Source: an uncultured Anaerolineales bacterium
Lineage (GTDB): Bacteria > Chloroflexota > Anaerolineae > Anaerolineales > UBA6663
Length of the DNA: 64,000 bases
NCBI GenBank assembly: GCA_937952305.1
Contig: CALFZO010000166.1
Location: 1,487 to 65,486, forward strand
Direction of reading: 5' to 3'
Shown here: piece by piece, positions 32,594-45,472 of the stretch
Layout of the letters: each line of letters opens with the position of its first letter
Numbering within the stretch: position 1 is the first letter of the stretch
Notes under the pieces: generated by a model
Database searches by the model: none
What the model saw: the letters and a program-made list of their open reading frames with translations, nothing else
Told to the model about the DNA's origin: nothing
Made by a program: the position numbers and the translations under genes

Positions 32594-35500
32594 ATGAAAC
32601 CTTCGCGTCCCCGTCGTCTGTTACTTGTGGCCGGGCTGGCCGTCTGCGGGCTGGCGTCGGCCGCGGCCGCGCTGGCCGGGCCGGGCGACAACGTCTGGAG
32701 CGCGCTGGGCAGCGGCATCGCCGCTGACGGCGGCGAGGTGCGCGCCCTCGCCTTGTCCGGGAGCAACGTCTACGCGGCCGGCAGCTTCCTCAACGCCGGC
32801 GGCAACCCCGACGCGGACTACGTGGCCCAGTGGACGGGCGCCGCCTGGAACGCGTTGGGCAGCATCCCCATGGACGCCGAGGTCAATGCCCTGGCCGTGG
32901 CCGGCACCAGCCTGTACGCGGGCGGCGGCTTCGCCGACGCCGGCGACCTGGCCACCGCCGACTATATCGCCCGCTGGGATGGCAGCCAGTGGCTGGCGCT
33001 GGGCGCGACACCCATGACCGGCACCACGCCGGTGGTAGCGGCTCTGGCCTATGACGGCGCGACCGGCAAACTCTGGGTCGGCGGCGATTTTCTGGATGCG
33101 GGCGGCGTCGCCAACGCCGACAATCTGGCGGTCTGGAACGGCTCGGCCTGGAGCGCGCCGACCGGCACGCCGCTCAACGGCCCGATCTACGCCCTGGCCG
33201 TGACCGGGACGAACGTCTACGTCGGCGGCAACTTCACCAACGCCGGCGGCCTGGCGGACGCCGATTTCCTCGCCCGCTGGGATGGCAGCCAGTGGCAGGC
33301 GCTCGGGGCGACGCCCCTGGCCGGCCCGGTGCGCGCGCTGGCCGTCTCCGGCACCGACGTCTACGTCGGCGGCAGCTTCGCCGACGCCGGCGGCCTGGCC
33401 AACGCCGACAACGTCGCGCGCTGGGACAGCGCGGGCGGCGCCTGGAACGCGCTGGGCGCCGGGGTCAACGGCGAGGTGCGCGCCGTCGCCGGGCTGGGCG
33501 CCAGCGACGTGTTTGTGGGCGGCAGTTTCACGGCGGCCGGCGACAACACCCTGGCCCAACGCGTCGCCCGCTGGAACGGCGTCGGCTGGATGGCGCTCAA
33601 CCCCACCGCCAACAACACGGTGGCGGCGCTGGCCGTCACCGGCCAGCAAGTGTACGTCGGCGGCCGCTTCACCGATGCCGGCGGCCTGACCGCCGCCGAC
33701 CGGATCGCCCTGTGGACGGCCCTGGCCACCAACCCGGCCAACACGGCCCCGGCGGCCGTGGACGACGCGGTCTCCCTGTATGAGGACAACGCCAAGTCCA
33801 TCGCCGTGCTCGGCAACGACAGCGACCCGGACGGTGACGGCCTCAACCTGATCGGCTTCAGCTCGCCGGTCAGCGGTTCGCTGTACACCAGCGACGGCGT
33901 CAACGCCGTCTACACCCCGCCCGCCAACTTCGTCGGCCTGACGACCTTCAGCTACACGGCCCAGGACACCGGCGCCCTCACCGACACGGCCCTGGTCTCC
34001 GTGACGGTCCTGCCCGTCAATGATTCGCCCAGCCTGAGCCTGGGCGCTGATCAGTTCATCAACGAGGACAACGGCGCGCCGCAGTCGGTGTCCAACTGGG
34101 TCAGCAATCCCTCGCCCGGCCCGGCCGACGAGGTGGCCGCCGGCCAGACCGTCAGCTGCTCGCTGGCCTATTCCAACCCCAGCCTGTTCGCTACGCCGCC
34201 GAGCGTGGGCGCCAATTGCACCAGCGCCCTGACCTACCAGATCGCGACGCCAGACCTGTTCGGGATCGCCGTCATCACGGTCACCGTCGTGGACAGCGGC
34301 GACACCGCCAACGGCGGCGCGAACACGCGCGTCTACCCGGCCTACATCGTCGTCAACGCCGTCAACGATGCGCCGTCTTTCACCAAAGGGCCGGATCAGG
34401 CGGTCCTGGAAGACGCGGGCACGCAGACCGTCGCCGGCTGGGCCACCAACCTCGCGCGCGGGCCGGCCAACGAGGCGGGCCAGGCGCTGTCCTTTGTCGT
34501 CACGAACACCCTGCCGGCTCTGTTCAGCACCCAGCCGGCCGTGGCCGCGGACGGCACGCTGACGTATACGCCGGCCGCCAACGCCAACGGCTCAGCCTCG
34601 GTCTCGGTGACCGTCAAAGACAACGGCGGCACGCTGTACGGCGGCGATGACACCGGCAACGCGGAGACGTTCACCATCACGGTGACGGCCGTGAACGACA
34701 TGCCGACCTTCAGCAAGGGCGCGAACCAAGCCGTCAATGAGGACGCCGGCACCCAGACCGTGGCCGGTTGGGCCACGGCCATCTCGGCCGGCGCCGCCGA
34801 CGAAGGCGGGCAGGCGCTGACCTTCACGGCCACCAACACCAACACGGCCCTGTTCGAGGCGCAGCCGGCCGTCGCCGCAAACGGCACGCTCACCTACAAG
34901 CCGGCCGCCAACCAGTTCGGCAACGCCGTCGTCTCGGTGAGGCTGAGCGACAACGGCGGGACGGCCAACGGCGGTGTGGACACCAGCCCCACGCAGACCT
35001 TCACGATCACGGTCAACTCCGTCAACGACGCGCCGTCGTTCACCAAGGGCGGCAACCAGACCGTCAACGAGGACGCCGGCACCCAGACCGTGACCGGCTG
35101 GGCCACGGCGATCTCGCCCGGCCCGTCCAACGAGTCCAGCCAGACCGTCACCTTCACGGTCAGCACCAACAACACCGGCCTGTTCTCCACCCTGCCGGCT
35201 GTCGCCTCCAACGGCACACTGACCTATCGCTCCGGGAGCAACCTGTCCGGCACGGCCGCCGTCACGGTCACGGCCACGGACAACGGCGGCACTGCCAACG
35301 GCGGCATCAACGTCAGCGGCCCGCAGACCTTCTCCATCACCGTCACCGCCGTCAACGACGCGCCCGTCAACACCGTGCCGCCCGGCCAGACCACCATGCA
35401 GGGCCAGCCGTTGACCTTCTCCAGCGCCAACGGCAACGCTATCTCCGTCAGCGACGTGGATGCCAATAGCAGCCCGTTGAGTGTCACCGTCGCCATCAGC

Positions 35501-36562
35501 GGCGCCAACCTGGGCACCCTCAGCCTGGGCGGCACCGCCGGCCTGACGTTCTCGGCCGGCGACGGCAGCGCCGATGCGAGCATGACCTTCACCGGCTCCC
35601 AATCCGCCATCCGCACGGCCCTCAACGGGACCGTCTTCGCGCCCGACCCCGGCTTCCAGGACGGCCTGGTGACCATCCGCCTGGTCACCAACGACCAGGG
35701 CGCCAGCGGCAGCGGCGGCGCGAAGTCGGACACCGACACCTTCCAGGTGGACGTCGGCGCCATCAACGACGCGCCCGAGGTCCGGCTGCCGGCCGGCCCG
35801 CTGACGCTGTCTGAGGACACGGTCCTGGTCTTCACCGGCGCCGCCGGCAACGCCCTCAGCCTGGACGACCGGGACGCCGCCGCTGGCGCCATCAGCGTCA
35901 CAGTGACGGCCACCCACGGCGTGTTCAGCCTGAACAGCGTCGCCGGGTTGACGTTCCTCACCGGGGACGGCGCTGGCGATCCCGTCGTCGTGTTCACGGG
36001 CACGCTCGCCAACGCCAACGCGGCCCTGGACGGGCTGGCGTTCACGCCTGCCGCCGATTACCACGGGCCGGCCGTCATCGCCCTGGCCGTCGACGACCAG
36101 GGCAGCACTGGCACCGGCCCAGCGCCGGACTTCACGCCCTTCTATCCGCTCGGAGATACCGGGTCGGTGGACCTGACGATCACGCCCGTCAACGACGCGC
36201 CCAGTTTCAGCAAAGGCGCCGACCTCAGCGTCTACCGCGAGGACGGCCCGCAGGTGTTCTCCGGCTGGGCCACCGCCATCTCGCCCGGCCCGGCCGACGA
36301 AGCTGGCCAGGCGCTCGCGTTCACGCTCAGCGTGGACGTCCCGGCCCTGTTCACGGTCCCGCCGGCCCTGGACCCGGCCACCGGCACACTCACGTTTACG
36401 CCGGCCGAAGACCAGCAGGGCACAGCCACAATCCAGGTGAGCCTGAGCGATGACGGCGGCACTGCCGATGGCGGCGCCGACACCAGCGCCCCGCAGACGT
36501 TCACCCTGACCACGTCCAAACGCCCCATCTACTACGTCTTCGCCCCCATCGCGCGGCGTTAG
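32594..36562 (+). CDS. Large secreted/surface protein: signal peptide, 7-blade beta-propeller, about 8 cadherin/Ig-like repeats, C-terminal F-A-P-I-A-R-R tail
   Basis: Seven V.ALAV.G..vYVGG.F..AGG....D.vArW.G..W repeats; eight V/I-NDAP or related repeat starts; terminal YYVFAPIARR. Confidence 0.9.
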   Translation: MKPSRPRRLLLVAGLAVCGLASAAAALAGPGDNVWSALGSGIAADGGEVRALALSGSNVYAAGSFLNAGGNPDADYVAQWTGAAWNALGSIPMDAEVNALAVAGTSLYAGGGFADAGDLATADYIARWDGSQWLALGATPMTGTTPVVAALAYDGATGKLWVGGDFLDAGGVANADNLAVWNGSAWSAPTGTPLNGPIYALAVTGTNVYVGGNFTNAGGLADADFLARWDGSQWQALGATPLAGPVRALAVSGTDVYVGGSFADAGGLANADNVARWDSAGGAWNALGAGVNGEVRAVAGLGASDVFVGGSFTAAGDNTLAQRVARWNGVGWMALNPTANNTVAALAVTGQQVYVGGRFTDAGGLTAADRIALWTALATNPANTAPAAVDDAVSLYEDNAKSIAVLGNDSDPDGDGLNLIGFSSPVSGSLYTSDGVNAVYTPPANFVGLTTFSYTAQDTGALTDTALVSVTVLPVNDSPSLSLGADQFINEDNGAPQSVSNWVSNPSPGPADEVAAGQTVSCSLAYSNPSLFATPPSVGANCTSALTYQIATPDLFGIAVITVTVVDSGDTANGGANTRVYPAYIVVNAVNDAPSFTKGPDQAVLEDAGTQTVAGWATNLARGPANEAGQALSFVVTNTLPALFSTQPAVAADGTLTYTPAANANGSASVSVTVKDNGGTLYGGDDTGNAETFTITVTAVNDMPTFSKGANQAVNEDAGTQTVAGWATAISAGAADEGGQALTFTATNTNTALFEAQPAVAANGTLTYKPAANQFGNAVVSVRLSDNGGTANGGVDTSPTQTFTITVNSVNDAPSFTKGGNQTVNEDAGTQTVTGWATAISPGPSNESSQTVTFTVSTNNTGLFSTLPAVASNGTLTYRSGSNLSGTAAVTVTATDNGGTANGGINVSGPQTFSITVTAVNDAPVNTVPPGQTTMQGQPLTFSSANGNAISVSDVDANSSPLSVTVAISGANLGTLSLGGTAGLTFSAGDGSADASMTFTGSQSAIRTALNGTVFAPDPGFQDGLVTIRLVTNDQGASGSGGAKSDTDTFQVDVGAINDAPEVRLPAGPLTLSEDTVLVFTGAAGNALSLDDRDAAAGAISVTVTATHGVFSLNSVAGLTFLTGDGAGDPVVVFTGTLANANAALDGLAFTPAADYHGPAVIALAVDDQGSTGTGPAPDFTPFYPLGDTGSVDLTITPVNDAPSFSKGADLSVYREDGPQVFSGWATAISPGPADEAGQALAFTLSVDVPALFTVPPALDPATGTLTFTPAEDQQGTATIQVSLSDDGGTADGGADTSAPQTFTLTTSKRPIYYVFAPIARR

Positions 36563-36689
36563 CCAGGCCGGTCCCGCTGGCCCAGGGCGCCCTGCCGTGG
36601 GCCAGCGCAATTCCCCTGCTGCCGGTCGTTTTTCCGGCCTTTCAATCTAGCGTATAATTTCTCACCGATATTCGCCCGTGGAGTTCAAC

Positions 36690-39452
<2,763 letters not shown>

Positions 39453-39501
39453 GACCGGGGTTGTGTACGCCGCCGTTCCTCGGCGTGGGGAGACCGTCAC
39501 T

Positions 39502-39765
39502 ATGGCCAACGACCTGAAAGCCCGCTTCGAGAAAGCCGCCCAGGAGGCGCAGAGCCTCGCCAAGCGGCCGGACAACGACACTTTGCTGCAGTTGTACGCG
39601 CTCTACAAGCAAGCCACCACCGGCGACGTCAAAGGCACGCGCCCGGGCGGCATGGACTTCGTCGGCCGCGCCAAGTACGATGCCTGGGTCAAGCTCAAGG
39701 GCAAGGCGCCGGCCGAGGCCATGACCGCCTACGTCGCCCTGGTGGACAAACTCAAAGGCAAATAG
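39502..39765 (+). CDS. Acyl-CoA-binding protein (ACBP)
   Basis: LLQLYALYKQATTGD...RPG..D..GRAKYDAW..LKG....AM..YV, the ACBP signature. Confidence 0.92.
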   Translation: MANDLKARFEKAAQEAQSLAKRPDNDTLLQLYALYKQATTGDVKGTRPGGMDFVGRAKYDAWVKLKGKAPAEAMTAYVALVDKLKGK

Positions 39766-39796
39766 CGCGGCCCGGCGATCGTCGGACCCAAAAGAA

Positions 39797-39825
39797 AAGA
39801 GACCGGCCGCGCGGGCCGGTCTCTT
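39797..39825. terminator. Bidirectional intrinsic terminator
   Basis: AAGAGACCGGCC-GCGCG-GGCCGGTCTCTT, flanked by A- and T-runs, between convergent genes. Confidence 0.8.
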
Positions 39826-39836
39826 CGTTTATCCGC

Positions 39837-40409
39837 TCACACCATCAGCTTGCGCCGATAGGCCTCCGGCACGAACGCCAGGCTCACGTCCCAGGGCTCG
39901 CCGGAGGCCGGCCGCGTCAGCTTCCACACGCCGCCCGGCGGCACCGGGTTGCTCCGGTCGAAGGTGCGCTTGTAATAGGCCAGGGTGTCCTTGGGCAGCC
40001 CCAATTCGTCCAGGAAGAAGCCGATCGGGCCGCCGTGCGTCACCCAGGCCAGCGGCCCGGCCTGCAGGCTGTGCGCCACTGTCTGCTCCCGCACCGGCCA
40101 GAAACGGGCGCGGATGTCCTCGGGTTTCTCGGTCGGCTGCCACTCGGCCAGCGCCGCCTCCACCACAAAAGGCCGCTCAGCCACGCCGGCCGCGATCTCG
40201 GCCGTGTGGCGGGCGCGCTCCAGCGGGCTGGCCAGCAGCCGCACCACGCCGGCCTCGCGTAGAAATCGCCCCATCTCAGCCGCCTCCGCCTCGCCTTGCG
40301 GCACCAGCGGCGGTCCCGGCGGGACGTGGTACGGCAAATCGGTGCGGCTCCAGTCCGGGGTGGCGTGCCGCGCCAGATACAGGGTCGGTGTCGTCACAGT
40401 CATCGGCAT
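39837..40409 (-). CDS. Histidine phosphatase superfamily protein
   Basis: LYLARHA, SPLERA.HTA, LAEW and VTHGG motifs. Start ATG 40409 or 40403. Confidence 0.85.
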   Translation of the reverse strand: MPMTVTTPTLYLARHATPDWSRTDLPYHVPPGPPLVPQGEAEAAEMGRFLREAGVVRLLASPLERARHTAEIAAGVAERPFVVEAALAEWQPTEKPEDIRARFWPVREQTVAHSLQAGPLAWVTHGGPIGFFLDELGLPKDTLAYYKRTFDRSNPVPPGGVWKLTRPASGEPWDVSLAFVPEAYRRKLMV

Positions 40410-40521
40410 AAATATCCCAGGCACAACGCGCTCCATGATAGCGCAGTCCGGCGGGCCTGTCGCCCTGCCCAATTGGCTATTGTGTTGCCGGCCGGCCCCA
40501 GCCCGGCTATACTCCGGCCCG

Positions 40522-41037
40522 ATGTCCATCGTGCGCCTCGACGCCGCCCAGGCCGCTCAGGCTGTCCCCGAGCTGGCCGGCCTCCTGCAGAACGCCGTCC
40601 ACGCCGGCGCCGCGCTCGGCTTCCTGCCGCCCGTCACCGACGCGGCCGCCCACGCTTACTGGCACAGCGTGGCCGCGGCCGTGACCGACGGCTCACGGCT
40701 GCTGTGGGTGGCGCGCGTGGGGGAGACGCTGGCCGGCACGGTGCAGTTGGACCTGGCGCTGCGCCCCAACGGTCTCCACCGCGCCGAGGTGATGAAGGTG
40801 ATGGTCCACGCCGCCCACCGGCGGCGCGGTCTGGGGCGGGCGCTGCTGCTGGCGGTGGAGGCCGAGGCGCGCCGGATCGGGCGGACCACCTTGGTGTTGG
40901 ACACGCGCCAGGGCGACGCGGCCGAGGCCCTCTACGCGGGCCTGGGCTGGGTCCGGGCCGGCGTCATCCCCGACTTCGCCCGCAGCGCCGACGGCAGCCT
41001 GCACGCCACCGTCATCTACTACCGCCTGCTGGCCTGA
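40522..41037 (+). CDS. GNAT-family N-acetyltransferase
   Basis: HRAEVMKVMVH..HRRRGLG..LL, LVLDT..GD.AE.LY..LGW. TATACT 8 nt upstream of ATG. Confidence 0.92.
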   Translation: MSIVRLDAAQAAQAVPELAGLLQNAVHAGAALGFLPPVTDAAAHAYWHSVAAAVTDGSRLLWVARVGETLAGTVQLDLALRPNGLHRAEVMKVMVHAAHRRRGLGRALLLAVEAEARRIGRTTLVLDTRQGDAAEALYAGLGWVRAGVIPDFARSADGSLHATVIYYRLLA

Positions 41038-41044
41038 AGCGCCG

Positions 41045-41650
41045 ATGGTCTTCTTCCTGCAGGGCCTCACCCTCGGCTTCTCGGCCTCCGTCGCGCCCGG
41101 CCCCTTCCAGGCTTACCTGCTGACCCAGGCCCTCAAGCTCGGCGCGCGCCGCGCCCTGCCCCTGGCCGTGGTGCCCTTGCTCAGCGACGGCCCCATCGTG
41201 ACGCTGGTGCTCATCGCGCTCAGCCAAATGCCGTCCGGCCTGCTGCGCGCCTTGCAGATCGCCGGCGGCGTCTTCCTGCTCTACCTGGCCTGGAGCGCCT
41301 TCCAGGCCGCGCGGGCGGCCTCCGCCCCGGCCAGCGCCGGCGTCACCGCCCAGCGCAGCCTGGGCCAGGGCGTGCTCATGAACCTGCTCAACCCCAACCC
41401 GTGGCTTTTCTGGAGCGTCATCGGCGGCCCGCTGATCCTGGCCGCCTGGGCGCAAGCCCCGGCCAACGCCCTGCTCTTCGGCCTCGGCTTCTACCTGACC
41501 CTGATCACGGGGACGGGCGCGCTGATCCTGCTCTTCGCCACCGCGCACCGCCTGGACCCGCGCCTCGCCCGCGGCCTCAACCTCGTCGCGGCCCTCGCCC
41601 TGGCCGTCTTCGGGCTGCTCCAACTCGGGCGAGGCCTGGGCTGGGGATGA
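41045..41650 (+). CDS. LysE-family translocator
   Basis: APGP, GGVFLLYLAW and NLLNPNP motifs with about six TM helices. Confidence 0.9.
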   Translation: MVFFLQGLTLGFSASVAPGPFQAYLLTQALKLGARRALPLAVVPLLSDGPIVTLVLIALSQMPSGLLRALQIAGGVFLLYLAWSAFQAARAASAPASAGVTAQRSLGQGVLMNLLNPNPWLFWSVIGGPLILAAWAQAPANALLFGLGFYLTLITGTGALILLFATAHRLDPRLARGLNLVAALALAVFGLLQLGRGLGWG

Positions 41651-42711
41651 CAGAGGTGATCGGGTCGGCCGCCTCCGCGCCGGAGGCCCCGGATCTGCGG
41701 AACCGTCTCGCCGCCGCACTGGCGGCCCGGGCTCCGGTCCTGGAGTCGGACCCGCGCCACGAGTCCGCCTGGCGCCTCCTGAACGGCTTCGTGGAAGGCG
41801 CGCCCGATCTCGTGGCCGAGGTCTACGCTCGCACCCTCGTCCTGCACGACCACTCCCGGCCGGACGCGCCCGATCACCAGTCGGCGGTGGAGCAAGCGTT
41901 GGCCTTCTACCGTGGCGCGCTGCCCTGGCTGGCCGCCGGCCTCGTCAAGCACCGCTACGCCGAAGCGCCCGAGGCTCGGCGCGGCGGCCTCGCTTTCGGC
42001 CCTGCGCCCGATACGCGTCTGCGTGAGGCCGGCGTGCGCTACGCGCTCGACTTGCGCCTCAACCAAGACACCAGCTTCTACCCGGATACGCGCGCGCTGC
42101 GCGCCTGGGTCCAGGCCCATCTCAGCGGCCGGACGGTGCTCAACGCCTTCGCCTACACCGGCAGCCTGGGCGTGGCGGCGCTGGCCGGCGGCGCCGCCCG
42201 CGTCGTCCAGTTGGACCGCAACCGCAATTTTCTCAATGTCGCCAAGACCTCTTACACGCTCAACGGCTTCCCCATCCGCAAGCCGGATTTTCTGGCCGGC
42301 GACTTCTTCCAGGTGGCTGGCCAGCTCCGCCACGGCCGCGCCCTGTTTGACTGCGTCCTGCTGGACCCGCCGCTGTTCGCCGACAGCGACGGCGGGCGCG
42401 TCGACCTCGTCAACGCCAGCGCGCGCCTGATCAACAAGGCCCGGCCGCTGGTGGCCGACGGCGGCTGGCTGGTAACGGTCAACAATGCCCTGTTCGTCAG
42501 CGGTCGCGATTACCTGCAGGCGCTGGAAGCGCTCTGCGCCGACGGCTACCTGTCGCTGGAAGAGCTGCTCCCGGTGCCGCTGGATTGCGCGGGCTATCCG
42601 GCCGCCATCGTCCGCGCCCTGCCCGCCGATCCGGCCCCGTTCAATCACGCCACCAAGATCGCGGTGTTGCGCGTCCGGCGCAAAGACGGCGCGCCGGCCG
42701 GCCGGACCTAG
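41647..42711 (+). CDS. Class I SAM-dependent methyltransferase (RlmI/YwbD-like, no PUA domain)
   Basis: VLNAFAYTGSLG SAM motif and LLDPP catalytic motif. Confidence 0.85.
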   Translation: MTEVIGSAASAPEAPDLRNRLAAALAARAPVLESDPRHESAWRLLNGFVEGAPDLVAEVYARTLVLHDHSRPDAPDHQSAVEQALAFYRGALPWLAAGLVKHRYAEAPEARRGGLAFGPAPDTRLREAGVRYALDLRLNQDTSFYPDTRALRAWVQAHLSGRTVLNAFAYTGSLGVAALAGGAARVVQLDRNRNFLNVAKTSYTLNGFPIRKPDFLAGDFFQVAGQLRHGRALFDCVLLDPPLFADSDGGRVDLVNASARLINKARPLVADGGWLVTVNNALFVSGRDYLQALEALCADGYLSLEELLPVPLDCAGYPAAIVRALPADPAPFNHATKIAVLRVRRKDGAPAGRT

Positions 42712-42820
42712 CATGCGTTAGGGCCTCAAGACCGGATAAATGTCATTCGTCAAGTCTGGCGAGGCGGGTTATACTTGGATCGTCATCTTCTCCGAAATCC
42801 CAGATCGCAAGGAGCGAAAC

Positions 42821-43750
42821 ATGGCTACCGAACGTGTTAAGGAGATTCTGTCCTGGTACCGGAGCGACAATCCGGGCACCCTGACCAATCTCGCGCGCTT
42901 GCTCAATTCCGGCTCGCTGGCCGGCACCGGCAAGCTGGTCATCCTGCCCGTGGACCAGGGCTTCGAGCATGGGCCAGCCCGCAGCTTCGCGGCCAACTCG
43001 GCCGGCTACGACCCCCGCTACCACGTCGAGCTGGCGATCGATTCCGGCTGCAATGCCTACGCCGCGCCGCTCGGCTTCCTGGAAGCCGTCGCCGCCGATT
43101 ACGCCGGCGATATCCCCCTGATTCTCAAGCTCAACAACCACGACGTTCTGCAGGACGAGAAAGACCCGCTCGGCGCGGTCACGGCCAGCGTGGACGATGC
43201 CTTGCGCCTGGGCTGCGTGGCCATCGGCTACACCATCTACCCCGGCACGCTGGACCGGCGCCTGCAGTACGAGCAGCTCCAGGAACTCACCCTGGAGGCC
43301 AAGTCGGCCGGCCTGGCCGTGGTGGTCTGGTCCTACCCGCGCGGCGGCGCGCTCAGCAAAGCCGGCGAGACCGGCGTGGACGTCACCGCCTACGCCGCCC
43401 AGATCGCGGCCCAGCTCGGCGCCCACATCATCAAGATCAAGCTGTCCACCGAGCACGTGGAGCAGCCCGAGGCCAAGAAGGTCTACGACAAGTACCAGAT
43501 CCCGGTCAGCACGCTGGCGGATCGCGTCCGGCACATGACCCAGGCCTCCTTCGGCGGCCGCCGCATCGTCATCTTCTCGGGCGGCGCCACCAAGGACGAC
43601 CCCAATGCCGTGCTCGATGAGGCCCGCGCCATCCGCGACGGCGGCGGCTTCGGCTCGATCATGGGCCGCAACGCCTTCCAGCGCCCCAAGCCGGAGGCCC
43701 TCAAGCTGCTCGGCGATATGATGAAGATCTACAAGGGCGAGCTCAAGTAG
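42821..43750 (+). CDS. fbaB: Class I fructose-bisphosphate aldolase (FbaB/DhnA type)
   Basis: ILPVDQGFEHGP, ILKLN, WSYPRG, HIIKIK (Schiff-base Lys), FSGG and GRNAFQR motifs. Confidence 0.93.
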   Translation: MATERVKEILSWYRSDNPGTLTNLARLLNSGSLAGTGKLVILPVDQGFEHGPARSFAANSAGYDPRYHVELAIDSGCNAYAAPLGFLEAVAADYAGDIPLILKLNNHDVLQDEKDPLGAVTASVDDALRLGCVAIGYTIYPGTLDRRLQYEQLQELTLEAKSAGLAVVVWSYPRGGALSKAGETGVDVTAYAAQIAAQLGAHIIKIKLSTEHVEQPEAKKVYDKYQIPVSTLADRVRHMTQASFGGRRIVIFSGGATKDDPNAVLDEARAIRDGGGFGSIMGRNAFQRPKPEALKLLGDMMKIYKGELK

Positions 43751-43782
43751 TACAACGCTGCGGCCGCTGTAGACCAAACAAA

Positions 43783-43817
43783 AAAAGCGAGGCGCGCCAA
43801 GCGCGTGCCTCGCTTTT
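43783..43817. terminator. Bidirectional intrinsic terminator
   Basis: AAAAGCGAGGC...GCCTCGCTTTT between convergent genes. Confidence 0.8.
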
Positions 43818-43832
43818 CAGTTAAGCGCCGCC

Positions 43833-45455
<1,623 letters not shown>

Positions 45456-45472
45456 CGGCGGTTCCTGGCGGA

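Noticed and set aside
32700-36500. Repeated DNA segments suggestive of a CRISPR or mobile repeat array
   Set aside because: The repeats are in-frame, degenerate protein-domain duplications in one ORF. There are no constant repeat-spacer units and no cas genes.
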